Source: Eledone cirrhosa
Lineage: Eukaryota
NCBI GenBank assembly: GCA_964016885.1
Contig: CAXHJY010001063.1
Location: 62,001 to 126,000, forward strand
Length of the DNA: 64,000 bases
Direction: 5' to 3'
Numbering within the stretch: position 1 is the first letter of the stretch; each line of letters begins with the position of its first letter. The notes below the pieces were generated by a model. It was not told the DNA's origin. It searched no databases and saw only the letters and a list, made by a program, of their open reading frames with translations. The position numbers and the translations under genes were made by a program. This document shows positions 13,901 through 29,529 of the stretch, in pieces.

Positions 13901-16900
13901 GATAATATCAGGAATGGTAAGACTAGTGGAAAATATCAGGAATGGTAAGACTAGTGGATAATATCAGGAATGGTATGACTAGTGGATAATATCAGGAATG
14001 GTAAGACCAGTGGATAATATCAGGAATGGTAAGACTAGTGGAAAATATCAGGAATGGTAAGACTAGTGGATAATATCAGGAATGGTAAGACTAGTGGATA
14101 ATATCAGGAATGGTAAGACCAGTGGATAATATCAGGAATAGTAAGACCAGTGGATAATATCAGGAATGGTAAGAGTAGTGGATAATATCAGGAATGGTAA
14201 GACTAGTGGATAATATCAGGAATGGTAAGACCAGTGGATAATATCAGGAATGGTAAGACTGGTGGATAATATCAGGAATGGTAAGAGCAGTGGATAATAT
14301 CAGGAATGGTAAGACTAGTGGATAATATCAGGAATAGTAAGACCAGTGGATAATATCAGGAATGGTAAGAGTAGTGGATAATATCAGGAATGGTAAGACT
14401 AGTGGATAATATCAGGAATGGTAAGACCAGTGGATAATATCAGGAATGGTAAGAGTAGTGGATAATATCAGGAATGGTAAGACCAGTGGATAATATCAGG
14501 AATGGTAAGACAAGTGGATAATATCAGGAATGGTATGACTAGTGGATAATATCAGGAATGGTAAGACTGGTGGATAATATCAGGAATGGTAAGAGCAGTG
14601 GATAATATCAGGAATGGTAAGACTAGTGGATAATATCAGGAATGGTAAGAGCAGTGGATAATATCAGGAATGGTAAGACTGGTGGATAATATCAGGAATG
14701 GTAAGAGCAGTGGATAATATCAGGAATGGTAAGACCAGTGGATAATATCAGGAATGGTATGACTAGTGGATAATATCAGGAATGGTAAGACTAGTGGATA
14801 ATATCAGGAATAGTAAGACCAGTGGATAATATCAGGAATGGTAAGAGCAGTGGATAATATCAGGAATGGTAAGACCAGTGGATAATATCAGGAATGGTAA
14901 GACTAGTGGATAATATCAGGAATGGTATGACTAGTGGATAATATCAGGAATGGTAAGACTGGTGGATAATATCAGGAATGGTAAGAGCAGTGGATAATAT
15001 CAGGAATGGTAAGACTAGTGGATAATATCAGGAATGGTAAGAGCAGTGGATAATATCAGGAATGGTAAGACTGGTGGATAATATCAGGAATGGTAAGACT
15101 AGTGGATAATATCAGGAATGGTAAGACTAGTGGATAATATCAGGAATGGTATGACTATTGGATAATATCAGGAATGGTATGACTAGTGGATAATATCAGG
15201 AATGGTATGACTATTGGATAATATCAGGAATGGTATGACTAGTGGATAATATCAGGAATGGTAAGACTAGTGGATAATATCAGGAATGGTAAGACTAGTG
15301 GATAATATCAGGAATGGTAAGACCAGTGGATAATATCAGGAATGGTAAGACTGGTGGATAATATCAGGAATGGTAAGACTACTGGATAATATCAGGAATG
15401 GTAAGACTAGTGGATAATATCAGGAATGGTAAGACTGGTGGATAATATCAGGAATGGTATGACCAGTGGATAATATCAGCAAAGGTAAGACTAGTGGATA
15501 ATATCAGGAATGGTAAGACTAGTGGATAATATCAGGAATGGTAAGACTGGTGGATAATATCAGGAATGGTATGACCAGTGGATAATATCAGCAATGGTAA
15601 GACTAGTGGATAATATCAGGAATGGTAAGACTAGTGGATAATATCAGGAATGGTAAGACTAGTGGATAATATCAGGAATGGTATGACTGGTGGATAATAT
15701 CAGGAATGGTATGACTGGTGGATAATATCAGGAATGGTATGACTGGTGGATAATATCAGGAATGGTAAGACTAGTGGATAATATCAGGAATGGTAAGACT
15801 AGTGGATAATATCAGGAATGGTAAGACTAGTGGATAATATCAGGAATGGTAAGACTGGTGGATAATATCAGGAATGGTAAGAGCAGTGGATAATATCAGG
15901 AATGGTAAGACTAGTGGATAATATCAGGAATGGTATGACTGGTGGATAATATCAGGAATGGTAAGACTAGTGGATAATATCAGGAATGGTATGACTAGTG
16001 GATAATATCAGGAATGGTATGACTGGTGGATAATATCAGGAATGGTAAGACTAGTGGATAATATCAGGAATGGTAAGACTAGTGGATAATATCAGGAATG
16101 GTAAGACTAGTGGATAATATCAGGAATGGTATGACTGGTGGATAATATCAGGAATGGTATGACCAGTGGATAATATCAGGAATGGTAAGACTAGTGGATA
16201 ATATCAGGAATGGTAAGACTGGTGGATAATATCAGGAATGGTAAGACAAGTGGATAATATCAGGAATGGTAAGACCAGTGGATAATATCAGGAATGGTAA
16301 GACTAGTGGATAATATCAGGAATGGTAAGACCAGTGGATAATATCAGGAATGGTAAGACCAGTGGATAATATCAGGAATGGTAAGAGCAGTGGATAATAT
16401 CAGGAATGGTAAGACCAGTGGATAATATCAGGAATGGTAAGACTAGTGGATAATATCAGGAATGGTATGACTAGTGGATAATATCAGGAATGGTAAGACT
16501 GGTGGATAATATCAGGAATGGTAAGAGCAGTGGATAATATCAGGAATGGTAAGACTAGTGGATAATATCAGGAATGGTATGACTAGTGGATAATATCAGG
16601 AATGGTATGACTAGTGGATAATATCAGGAATGGTATGACTAGTGGATAATATCAGGAATGGTAAGACTAGTGGATAATATCAGGAATGGTAAGACTAGTG
16701 GATAATATCAGGAATGGTAAGACCAGTGGATAATATCAGGAATGGTAAGACTGGTGGATAATATCAGGAATGGTAAGACTACTGGATAATATCAGAAATG
16801 GTAAGACTAGTGGATAATATCAGGAATGGTAAGACTGGTGGATAATATCAGGAATGGTATGACCAGTGGATAATATCAGGAATGGTAAGACTAGTGGATA

Positions 16901-19900
16901 ATATCAGGAATGGTAAGACTAGTGGATAATATCAGTAATGGTAAGACTGGTGGATAATATCAGGAATGGTATGACCAGTGGATAATATCAGGAATGGTAA
17001 GACTAGTGGATAATATCAGGAATGGTAAGACCAGTGGATAATATCAGGAATGGTAAGACTAGTGGATAATATCAGGAATGGTAAGACTGGTGGATAATAT
17101 CAGGAATGGTAAGACTAGTGGATAATATCAGGAATGCTATGACTAGTGGATAATATCAGGAATGGTAAGACCAGTGGATAATATCAGGAATGGTAAGACT
17201 AGTGGATAATATCAGGAATGGTATGACTAGTGGATAATATCAGGAATGGTAAGACCAGTGGATAATATCAGGAATGGTAAGACTAGTGGATAATATCAGG
17301 AATGGTATGACTAGTGGATAATATCAGGAATGGTAAGACCAGTGGATAATATCAGGAATGGTAAGACTAGTGGATAATATCAGGAATGGTAAGAGCAGTG
17401 GATAATATCAGGAATGGTATGACTAGTGGATAATATCAGGAATGGTAAGACTGGTGGATAATATCAGGAATGGTAAGAGCAGTGGATAATATCAGGAATG
17501 GTAAGACCAGTGGATAATATCAGGAATGGTAAGACTGGTGGATAATATCAGGAATGGTAAGACTGGTGGATAATATCAGGAATGGTAAGAGCAGTGTATA
17601 ATATCAGGAATGGTAAGACCAGTGGATAATATCAGGAATAGTAAGACCAGTGGATAATATCAGGAATGGTAAGAGCAGTGGATAATATCAGGAATGGTAA
17701 GACCAGTGGATAATATCAGGAATAGTAAGACCAGTGGATAATATCAGGAATGGTAAGACTAGTGGATAATATCAGGAATAGTAAGACCAGTGGATACTAT
17801 CAGGAATGGTAAGAGCAGTGGATAATATCAGGAATGGTAAGACTGGTGGATAATATCAGGAATAGTAAGACCAGTGGATAATATCAGGAATGGTAAGACT
17901 AGTGGATAATATCAGGAATGGTATGACTAGTGGATAATATCAGGAATGGTAAGACTGGTGGATAATATCAGGAATGGTAAGACCAGTGGATAATATCAGG
18001 AATGGTAAGACAAGTGGATAATATCAGGAATGGTAAGACCAGTGGATAATATCAGGAATGGTAAGACTAGTGGATAATATCAGGAATAGTAAGACCAGTG
18101 GATAATATCAGGAATGGTAAGAGCAGTGGATAATATCAGGAATGGTAAGACCAGTGGATAATATCAGGAATGGTAAGACTACTGGATAATATCAGGAATG
18201 GTAAGACTAGTGGATAATATCAGGAATGGTAAGACTACTGGATAATATCAGGAATGGTATGACTAGTGGATAATATCAGGAATGGTAAGACTAGTGGATA
18301 ATATCAGGAATGGTAAGACTACTGGATAATATCAGGAATGGTAAGACTAGTGGATAATATCAGGAATGGTAAGACTGGTGGATAATATCAGGAATGGTAT
18401 GACTAGTGGATAATATCAGGAATGGTATGACTAGTGGATAATATCAGGAATGGTAAGACTAGTGGATAATATCAGGAATGGTAAGAGCAGTGGATAATAT
18501 CAGGAATGGTAAGACTGGTGGATAATATCAGGAATGGTAAGACTAGTGGATAATATCAGGAATGGTATGACTGGTGGATAATATCAGGAATGGTATGACC
18601 AGTGGATTATATCAGGAATGGTAAGACTGGTGGATAATATCAGGAATGGTAAGACTAGTGGATAATATCAGGAATGGTATGACTGGTGGATAATATCAGG
18701 AATGGTAAGACTAGTGGATAATATCAGGAATGGTATGACTGGTGGATAATATCAGGAATGGTAAGACTAGTGGATAATATCAGGAATGGTATGACTGGTG
18801 GATAATATCAGGAATGGTATGACCAGTGGATAATATCAGGAATGGTAAGACTAGTGGATAATATCAGGAATGGTAAGACTGGTGGATAATATCAGGAATG
18901 GTAAGACCAGTGGATAATATCAGGAATGGTAAGACTAGTGGATAATATCAGGAATAGTAAGACCAGTGGATAATATCAGGAATGGTAAGAGCAGTGGATA
19001 ATATCAGGAATGGTAAGACCAGTGGATAATATCAGGAATGGTAAGACTAGAGGATAATATCAGGAATGGTATGACTAGTGGATAATATCAGGAATGGTAA
19101 GACTGGTGGATAATATCAGGAATGGTAAGAGCAGTGGATAATATCAGGAATGGTAAGACTAGTGGATAATATCAGGAATGGTATGACTAGTGGATAATAT
19201 CAGGAATGGTAAGACTAGTGGATAATATCAGGAATGGTAAGACTAGTGGATAATATCAGGAATGGTATGACTAGTGGATAATATCAGGAATGGTAAGACT
19301 AGTGGATAATATCAGGAATGGTAAGACTAGTGGATAATATCAGGAATGGTAAGACTGGTGGATAATATCAGGAATGGTAAGACTGGTGGATAATATCAGG
19401 AATGGTAAGACTGGTGGATAATATCAGGAATGGTAAGACTGGTGGATAATATCAGGAATGGTAAGACTGGTGGATAATATCAGGAATGGTAAGACCAGTG
19501 GATAATATCAGGAATGGTAAGACTAGTGGATAATATCAGGAATGGTATGACCAGTGGATAATATCAGGAATGGTAAGACTGGTGGATAATATCAGGAATG
19601 GTAAGACTGGTGGATAATATCAGGAATGGTAAGACTGGTGGATAATATCAGGAATGGTAAGACTGGTGGATAATATCAGGAATGGTAAGACTGGTGGATA
19701 ATATCAGGAATGGTAAGACTGGTGGATAATATCAGGAATGGTAAGACTGGTGGATAATATCAGGAATGGTAAGACTACTGGATAATATCAGAAATGGTAA
19801 GACTAGTGGATAATATCAGGAATGGTAAGACTGGTGGATAATATCAGGAATGGTATGACCAGTGGATAATATCAGGAATGGTAAGACTAGTGGATAATAT

Positions 19901-22900
19901 CAGGAATGGTAAGACTAGTGGATAATATCAGGAATGGTAAGACTGGTGGATAATATCAGGAATGGTATGACCAGTGGATAATATCAGGAATGGTAAGACT
20001 AGTGGATAATATCAGGAATGGTAAGACCAGTGGATAATATCAGGAATGGTAAGACTGGTGGATAATATCAGGAATGGTATGACCAGTGGATAATATCAGG
20101 AATGGTAAGACTGGTGGATAATATCAGGAATGGTAAGACTAGTGGATAATATCAGGAATGGTAAGACTAGTGGATAATATCAGGAATGGTAAGACTAGTG
20201 GATAATATCAGGAATGGTATGACTGGTGGATAATATCAGGAATGGTAAGACTAGTGGATAATATCAGGAATGGTATGACTAGTGGATAATATCAGGAATG
20301 GTAAAACTGGTGGATAATATCAGGAATGGTAAGAGCAGTGGATAATATCAGGAATGGTATGACTGGTGGATAATATCAGGAATGGTATGACTAGTGGATA
20401 ATATCAGGAATGGTAAGACTGGTGGATAATATCAGGAATGGTAAGACTAGTGGATAATATCAGGAATGGTAAGAGCAGTGGATAATATCAGGAATGGTAA
20501 GACTGGTGGATAATATCAGGAATGGTAAGACTAGTGGATAATATCAGGAATGGTATGACTGGTGGATAATATCAGGAATGGTATGACCAGTGGATTATAT
20601 CAGGAATGGTAAGACTGGTGGATAATATCAGGAATGGTAAGACTAGTGGATAATATCAGGAATGGTATGACTGGTGGATAATATCAGGAATGGTAAGACT
20701 AGTGGATAATATCAGGAATGGTATGACTAGTGGATAATATCAGGAATGGTATGACTGGTGGATAATATCAGGAATGGTAAGACTAGTGGATAATATCAGG
20801 AATGGTAAGACTAGTGGATAATATCAGGAATGGTATGACTGGTGGATAATATCAGGAATGGTATGACCAGTGGATAATATCAGGAATGGTAAGACTAGTG
20901 GATAATATCAGGAATGGTATGACTGGTGGATAATATCAGGAATGGTAAGACTAGTGGATAATATCAGGAATGGTAAGACTAGTGGATAATATCAGGAATG
21001 GTATGACTGGTGGATAATATCAGGAATGGTATGACCAGTGGATAATATCAGGAATGGTAAGACTGGTGGATAATATCAGGAATGGTAAGACTAGTGGATA
21101 ATATCAGGAATGGTAAGACTGGTGGATAATATCAGGAATGGTAAGACCAGTGGATAATATCAGGAATGGTAAGACTAGTGGATAATATCAGGAATGGTAA
21201 GAGCAGTGGATAATATCAGGAATGGTAAGACTAGTGGATAATATCAGGAATGGTAAGAGCAGTGGATAATATCAGGAATGGTAAGACTAGTGGATAATAT
21301 CAGGAATGGTAAGAGCAGTGGATAATATCAGGAATGGTAAGACTAGTGGATAATATCAGGAATGGTAAGACTGGTGGATAATATCAGGAATGGTATGACT
21401 GGTGGATAATATCAGGAATGGTAAGACTAGTGGATAATATCAGGAATGGTAAGAGCAGTGGATAATATCAGGAATGGTAAGACTAGTGGATAATATCAGG
21501 AATGGTATGACTAGTGGATAATATCAGGAATGGTAAGACTGGTGGATAATATCAGGAATGGTATGACTGGTGGATAATATCAGGAATGGTAAGACTAGTG
21601 GATAATATCAGGAATGGTAAGAGCAGTGGATAATATCAGGAATGGTAAGACTAGTGGATAATATCAGGAATGGTATGACTAGTGGATAATATCAGGAATG
21701 GTATGACTAGTGGATAATATCAGGAATGGTAAGACGAGTGGATAATATCAGGAATGGTATGACTAGTGGATAATATCAGGAATGGTAAGACCAGTGGATA
21801 ATATCAGGAATGGTATCACTAGTGGATAATATCAGGAATGGTAAGACTAGTGGATAATATCAGGAATGGTATGACTAGTGGATAATATCAGGAATGGTAA
21901 GACTAGTGGATAATATCAGGAATGGTAAGAGCAGTGGATAATATCAGGAATGGTAAGAGCAGTGGATAATATCAGGAATGGTAAGAGCAGTGGATAATAT
22001 CAGGAATGGTAAGACTAGTGGATAATATCAGGAATGGTAAGACTAGTGGATAATATCAGGAATGGTAAGACCAGTGGATAATATCAGGAATGGTATGACT
22101 AGTGGATAATATCAGGAATGGTATGACTAGTGGATAATATCAGGAATGGTAAGACTAGTGGATAATATCAGGAATGGTAAGACCAGTGGATAATATCAGG
22201 AATGGTAAGACTAGTGGATAATATCAGGAATGGTATGACCAGTGGATAATATCAGGAATGGTATGACTAGTGGATAATATCAGGAATGGTAAGACCAGTG
22301 GATAATATCAGGAATGGTATCACTAGTGGATAATATCAGGAATGGTAAGACTAGTGGATAATATCAGGAATGGTAAGACCAGTGGATAATATCAGGAATG
22401 GTAAGACTAGTGGATAATATCAGGAATGGTAAGACCAGTGGATAATATCAGGAATGGTAAGACTAGTGGATAATATCAGGAATGGTAAGACTAGTGGATA
22501 ATATCAGGAATGGTAAGACCAGTGGATAATATCAGGAATGGTAAGACTAGTGGATAATATCAGGAATGGTATGACCAGTGGATAATATCAGGAATGGTAA
22601 GACTGGTGGATAATATCAGGAATGGTAAGACCAGTGGATAATATCAGGAATGGTAAGACTAGTGGATAATATCAGGAATGGTATGACCAGTGGATAATAT
22701 CAGGAATGGTAAGACTGGTGGATAATATCAGGAATGGTAAGACTGGTGGATAATATCAGGAATGGTAAGACTGGTGGATAATATCAGGAATGGTAAGACT
22801 GGTGGATAATATCAGGAATGGTAAGACTGGTGGATAATATCAGGAATGGTAAGACTGGTGGATAATATCAGGAATGGTAAGACTGGTGGATAATATCAGG

Positions 22901-25900
22901 AATGGTAAGACTACTGGATAATATCAGAAATGGTAAGACTAGTGGATAATATCAGGAATGGTAAGACTGGTGGATAATATCAGGAATGGTATGACCAGTG
23001 GATAATATCAGGAATGGTAAGACTAGTGGATAATATCAGGAATGGTAAGACTAGTGGATAATATCAGGAATGGTAAGACTGGTGGATAATATCAGGAATG
23101 GTATGACCAGTGGATAATATCAGGAATGGTAAGACTAGTGGATAATATCAGGAATGGTAAGACCAGTGGATAATATCAGGAATGGTAAGACTGGTGGATA
23201 ATATCAGGAATGGTATGACCAGTGGATAATATCAGGAATGGTAAGACTGGTGGATAATATCAGGAATGGTAAGACTAGTGGATAATATCAGGAATGGTAA
23301 GACTAGTGGATAATATCAGGAATGGTAAGACTAGTGGATAATATCAGGAATGGTATGACTGGTGGATAATATCAGGAATGGTAAGACTAGTGGATAATAT
23401 CAGGAATGGTATGACTAGTGGATAATATCAGGAATGGTAAAACTGGTGGATAATATCAGGAATGGTAAGAGCAGTGGATAATATCAGGAATGGTATGACT
23501 GGTGGATAATATCAGGAATGGTATGACTAGTGGATAATATCAGGAATGGTAAGACTGGTGGATAATATCAGGAATGGTAAGACTAGTGGATAATATCAGG
23601 AATGGTAAGAGCAGTGGATAATATCAGGAATGGTAAGACTGGTGGATAATATCAGGAATGGTAAGACTAGTGGATAATATCAGGAATGGTATGACTGGTG
23701 GATAATATCAGGAATGGTATGACCAGTGGATTATATCAGGAATGGTAAGACTGGTGGATAATATCAGGAATGGTAAGACTAGTGGATAATATCAGGAATG
23801 GTATGACTGGTGGATAATATCAGGAATGGTAAGACTAGTGGATAATATCAGGAATGGTATGACTAGTGGATAATATCAGGAATGGTATGACTGGTGGATA
23901 ATATCAGGAATGGTAAGACTAGTGGATAATATCAGGAATGGTAAGACTAGTGGATAATATCAGGAATGGTATGACTGGTGGATAATATCAGGAATGGTAT
24001 GACCAGTGGATAATATCAGGAATGGTAAGACTAGTGGATAATATCAGGAATGGTATGACTGGTGGATAATATCAGGAATGGTAAGACTAGTGGATAATAT
24101 CAGGAATGGTAAGACTAGTGGATAATATCAGGAATGGTATGACTGGTGGATAATATCAGGAATGGTATGACCAGTGGATAATATCAGGAATGGTAAGACT
24201 GGTGGATAATATCAGGAATGGTAAGACTAGTGGATAATATCAGGAATGGTAAGACTGGTGGATAATATCAGGAATGGTAAGACCAGTGGATAATATCAGG
24301 AATGGTAAGACTAGTGGATAATATCAGGAATGGTAAGAGCAGTGGATAATATCAGGAATGGTAAGACTAGTGGATAATATCAGGAATGGTAAGAGCAGTG
24401 GATAATATCAGGAATGGTAAGACTAGTGGATAATATCAGGAATGGTAAGAGCAGTGGATAATATCAGGAATGGTAAGACTAGTGGATAATATCAGGAATG
24501 GTAAGACTGGTGGATAATATCAGGAATGGTATGACTGGTGGATAATATCAGGAATGGTAAGACTAGTGGATAATATCAGGAATGGTAAGAGCAGTGGATA
24601 ATATCAGGAATGGTAAGACTAGTGGATAATATCAGGAATGGTATGACTAGTGGATAATATCAGGAATGGTAAGACTGGTGGATAATATCAGGAATGGTAT
24701 GACTGGTGGATAATATCAGGAATGGTAAGACTAGTGGATAATATCAGGAATGGTAAGAGCAGTGGATAATATCAGGAATGGTAAGACTAGTGGATAATAT
24801 CAGGAATGGTATGACTAGTGGATAATATCAGGAATGGTATGACTAGTGGATAATATCAGGAATGGTAAGACGAGTGGATAATATCAGGAATGGTATGACT
24901 AGTGGATAATATCAGGAATGGTAAGACCAGTGGATAATATCAGGAATGGTATCACTAGTGGATAATATCAGGAATGGTAAGACTAGTGGATAATATCAGG
25001 AATGGTATGACTAGTGGATAATATCAGGAATGGTAAGACTAGTGGATAATATCAGGAATGGTAAGAGCAGTGGATAATATCAGGAATGGTAAGAGCAGTG
25101 GATAATATCAGGAATGGTAAGAGCAGTGGATAATATCAGGAATGGTAAGACTAGTGGATAATATCAGGAATGGTAAGACTAGTGGATAATATCAGGAATG
25201 GTAAGACCAGTGGATAATATCAGGAATGGTATGACTAGTGGATAATATCAGGAATGGTATGACTAGTGGATAATATCAGGAATGGTAAGACTAGTGGATA
25301 ATATCAGGAATGGTAAGACCAGTGGATAATATCAGGAATGGTAAGACTAGTGGATAATATCAGGAATGGTATGACCAGTGGATAATATCAGGAATGGTAT
25401 GACTAGTGGATAATATCAGGAATGGTAAGACCAGTGGATAATATCAGGAATGGTATCACTAGTGGATAATATCAGGAATGGTAAGACTAGTGGATAATAT
25501 CAGGAATGGTAAGACCAGTGGATAATATCAGGAATGGTAAGACTAGTGGATAATATCAGGAATGGTAAGACCAGTGGATAATATCAGGAATGGTAAGACT
25601 AGTGGATAATATCAGGAATGGTAAGACTAGTGGATAATATCAGGAATGGTAAGACCAGTGGATAATATCAGGAATGGTAAGACTAGTGGATAATATCAGG
25701 AATGGTATGACCAGTGGATAATATCAGGAATGGTATGACTAGTGGATAATATCAGGAATGGTATGACTAGTGGATAATATCAGGAATGGTAAGAGCAGTG
25801 GATAATATCAGGAATGGTAAGAGCAGTGGATAATATCAGGAATGGTAAGACTAGTGGATAATATCAGGAATGGTAAGACTAGTGGATAATATCAGGAATG

Positions 25901-28509
25901 GTAAGACTGGTGGATAATATCAGGAATGGTAAGACTAGTGGATAATATCAGGAATGGTAAGACTAGTGGATAATATCAGGAATGGTAAGACTAGTGGATA
26001 ATATCAGGAATGGTAAGACCAGTGGATAATATCAGGAATGGTAAGACCAGTGGATAATATCAGGAATGGTAAGACTGGTGGATAATATCAGGAATGGTAA
26101 GACTAGTGGATAATATCAGGAATGGTAAGACCAGTGGATAATATCAGGAATGGTAAGACTGGTGGATAATATCAGGAATGGTAAGACTAGTGGATAATAT
26201 CAGGAATGGTAAGACTAGTGGATAATATCAGGAATGGTAAGCTGGTGGATAATATCAGGAATGGTAAGACTAGTGGATAATATCAGGAATGGTAAGACTA
26301 GTGGATAATATCAGGAATGGTATGACCAGTGGATAATATCAGGAATGGTAAGACCAGTGGATAATATCAGGAATGGTAAGACTGGTGGATAATATCAGGA
26401 ATGGTATGACTAGTGGATAATATCAGGAATGGTATGACTAGTGGATAATATCAGGAATGGTAAGAGCAGTGGATAATATCAGGAATGGTAAGACTAGTGG
26501 ATAATATCAGGAATGGTAAGAGCAGTGGATAATATCAGGAATGGTAAGACTAGTGGATAATATCAGGAATGGTAAGAGCAGTGGATAATATCAGGAATGG
26601 TAAGACTAGTGGATAATATCAGGAATGGTAAGACTAGTGGATAATATCAGGAATGGTAAGACTAGTGGATAATATCAGGAATGGTAAGCTGGTGGATAAT
26701 ATCAGGAATGGTAAGACTAGTGGATAATATCAGGAATGGTAAGACTAGTGGATAATATCAGGAATGGTATGACCAGTGGATAATATCAGGAATGGTAAGA
26801 CCAGTGGATAATATCAGGAATGGTAAGACTGGTGGATAATATCAGGAATGGTATGACTAGTGGATAATATCAGGAATGGTATGACTAGTGGATAATATCA
26901 GGAATGGTAAGAGCAGTGGATAATATCAGGAATGGTAAGAGCAGTGGATAATATCAGGAATGGTAAGACTGGTGGATAATATCAGGAATGGTAAGACTGG
27001 TGGATAATATCAGGAATGGTAAGACTAGTGGATAATATCAGGAATGGTATGACTAGTGGATAATATCAGGAATGGTAAGAGCAGTGGATAATATCAGGAA
27101 TGGTAAGAGCAGTGGATAATATCAGGAATGGTAAGAGCAGTGGATAATATCAGGAATGGTAAGACTGGTGGATAATATCAGGAATGGTATGACCAGTGGA
27201 TAATATCAGGAATGGTAAGACTGGTGGATAATATCAGGAATGGTATGACTAGTGGATAATATCAGGAATGGTAAGACTGGTGGATAATATCAGGAATGGT
27301 AAGACTAGTGGATAATATCAGGAATGGTATGACTAGTGGATAATATCAGGAATGGTAAGACTAGTGGATAATATCAGGAATGGTAAGACTGGTGGATAAT
27401 ATCAGGAATGGTATGACTAGTGGATAATATCAGGAATGGTATGACTAGTGGATAATATCAGGAATGGTATGACTAGTGGATAATATCAGGAATGGTAAGA
27501 CTGGTGGATAATATCAGGAATGGTATGACTAGTGGATAATATCAGGAATGGTAAGAGCAGTGGATAATATCAGGAATGGTAAGACTAGTGGATAATATCA
27601 GCAATGGTATGACCAGTGGATAATATCAGGAATGGTAAGACTGGTGGATAATATCAGGAATGGTAAGACCAGTGGATAATATCAGGAATGGTAAGACTGG
27701 TGGATAATATCAGGAATGGTAAGACTGGTGGATAATATCAGGAATGGTATGACTAGTGGATAATATCAGGAATGGTAAGACTAGTGGATAATATCAGGAA
27801 TGGTATGACTAGTGGATAATATCAGGAATGGTAAGACTAGTGGATAATATCAGGAATGGTAAGACTGGTGGATAATATCAGGAATGGTATGACTAGTGGA
27901 TAATATCAGGAATGGTAAGACTAGTGGATAATATCAGGAATGGTATGACTAGTGGATAATATCAGGAATGGTATGACTAGTGGATAATATCAGGAATGGT
28001 AAGAGCAGTGGATAATATCAGGAATGGTAAGAGCAGTGGATAATATCAGGAATGGTAAGAGCAGTGGATAATATCAGGAATGGTAAGACTAGTGGATAAT
28101 ATCAGGAATGGTAAGACTAGTGGATAATATCAGGAATGGTAAGAGCAGTGGATAATATCAGGAATGGTAAGACTAGTGGATAATATCAGCAATGGTAAGA
28201 CTGGTGGATAATATCAGGAATGGTATGACCAGTGGATAACATCAGCAATGGTATGACCAGTGGATAATATCAGGAATGGTAAGAGTAGTGGATAATATCA
28301 GGAATGGTAAGACTGGTGGATAATATCAGGAATGGTAAGACTGGTGGATAATATCAGGAATGGTAAGACCAGTGGATAATATCAGGAATGGTAAGACTGG
28401 TGGATAATATCAGGAATGGTATGACTAGTGGATAATATCAGGAATGGTAAGACCAGTGGATAATATCAGGAATGGTAAGACTAGTGGATAATAGTAATGG
28501 TAAGACCAG
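1907..28509. repeat. 28-bp satellite array, about 950 monomers, consensus agtggataatatcaggaatggtaagact
   Basis: Register repeats every 420 nt (15 x 28). Stop codons occur in all frames on both strands. Variation is concentrated in the gta[a/t]ga[c/g][t/c][a/g] block. Confidence 0.98.
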
Positions 28510-28515
28510 CGTTCG

Positions 28516-28885
28516 ATCTACTGATCGTTTCTGTCCAATCTACTGATCAGTTCCGCTCGATCTACTGATCAGTTCCGCTCGATCCGCAGATCAGTTCCGT
28601 CCGATCTGCTGATCAGTTCCGCTCGATCTGATGATCAATTCCGTCCAATCTGCTGATCAGTTCCGTCCAATCTGCTGATCAGTTCCGTCCAATCTGCTGA
28701 TCAGTTCCGTCCAATCTGCTGATCAATTCCGTCCAATCTGCTGATCAGTTCCGTCCAATCTGCTGATCAGTTCCGTCCGATCTGCTGATCAGTCCCGCTC
28801 TATCTGCTGATCAGTTCCGTCCGATCTGCTGATCAGTTCCGTCCGATCTGCTGATCAGTCCCGCTCTATCTGCTGATCAGTTCCT
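28516..28885. repeat. 22-bp minisatellite (ctgctgatcagttccgtccaat), about 17 copies
   Basis: Units start at 28650, 28672 and onward. Each contains the palindrome ctgatcag. Confidence 0.93.
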
Positions 28886-28919
28886 TAACTATTATCTCAA
28901 TGTTAGAAATCACTAAGAT

Positions 28920-29019
28920 AACAATCATCATCATCAGCGTCATCATCAACACCGCTATCATCATCATAGCCATACTCAATACCATGATATTCACTAAAGC
29001 CATGCCGCAAACTTCTTGT

Positions 29020-29054
<35 letters not shown>

Positions 29055-29266
29055 TTATTGCTATTATTGTTGGTGCTGCTGCTGCTACTACTACTACTAT
29101 TTTTGTTGCTGCTGCTGCTACTACTAAACTACTACTACCACAACTACTACTACCACTACCACCACTACTACTACCACTACCACTACCATTACCAGTACTA
29201 CTACTACCACCACCACCACCACCACTACTACTACTACCACCACTACCACCACTACTACCACTACTG
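28920..29266. repeat. Compound trinucleotide microsatellite (ATC/TAC/TGC/CAC)n
   Basis: Directly visible in the sequence. Confidence 0.9.
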
Positions 29267-29407
29267 TTTTAAACATATAACAAGATTTTCTCTCACGAAA
29301 CCTCTAAGCCATATAACTGACAACAATTGCAGCTTCTAAAACCATGTTTTGTATGTATATCGCTTTCAAACATTTGCTTTCTTTTGTTAACAGCTAATAG
29401 CTATTTC

Positions 29408-29410
29408 ATT

Positions 29411-29495
<85 letters not shown>

Positions 29496-29496
29496 T

Positions 29497-29529
<33 letters not shown>

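Noticed and set aside
1907-28509. CRISPR-like array (constant repeat plus variable block)
   Set aside because: The variable block is only ~6 nt drawn from a few recurring words. There are no unique spacers or cas genes, and the context is eukaryotic.
28900-29339. Poly-Leu/Tyr/His ORFs here and poly-Val/Gly ORFs at 36838-37258
   Set aside because: They are trinucleotide-repeat artefacts.
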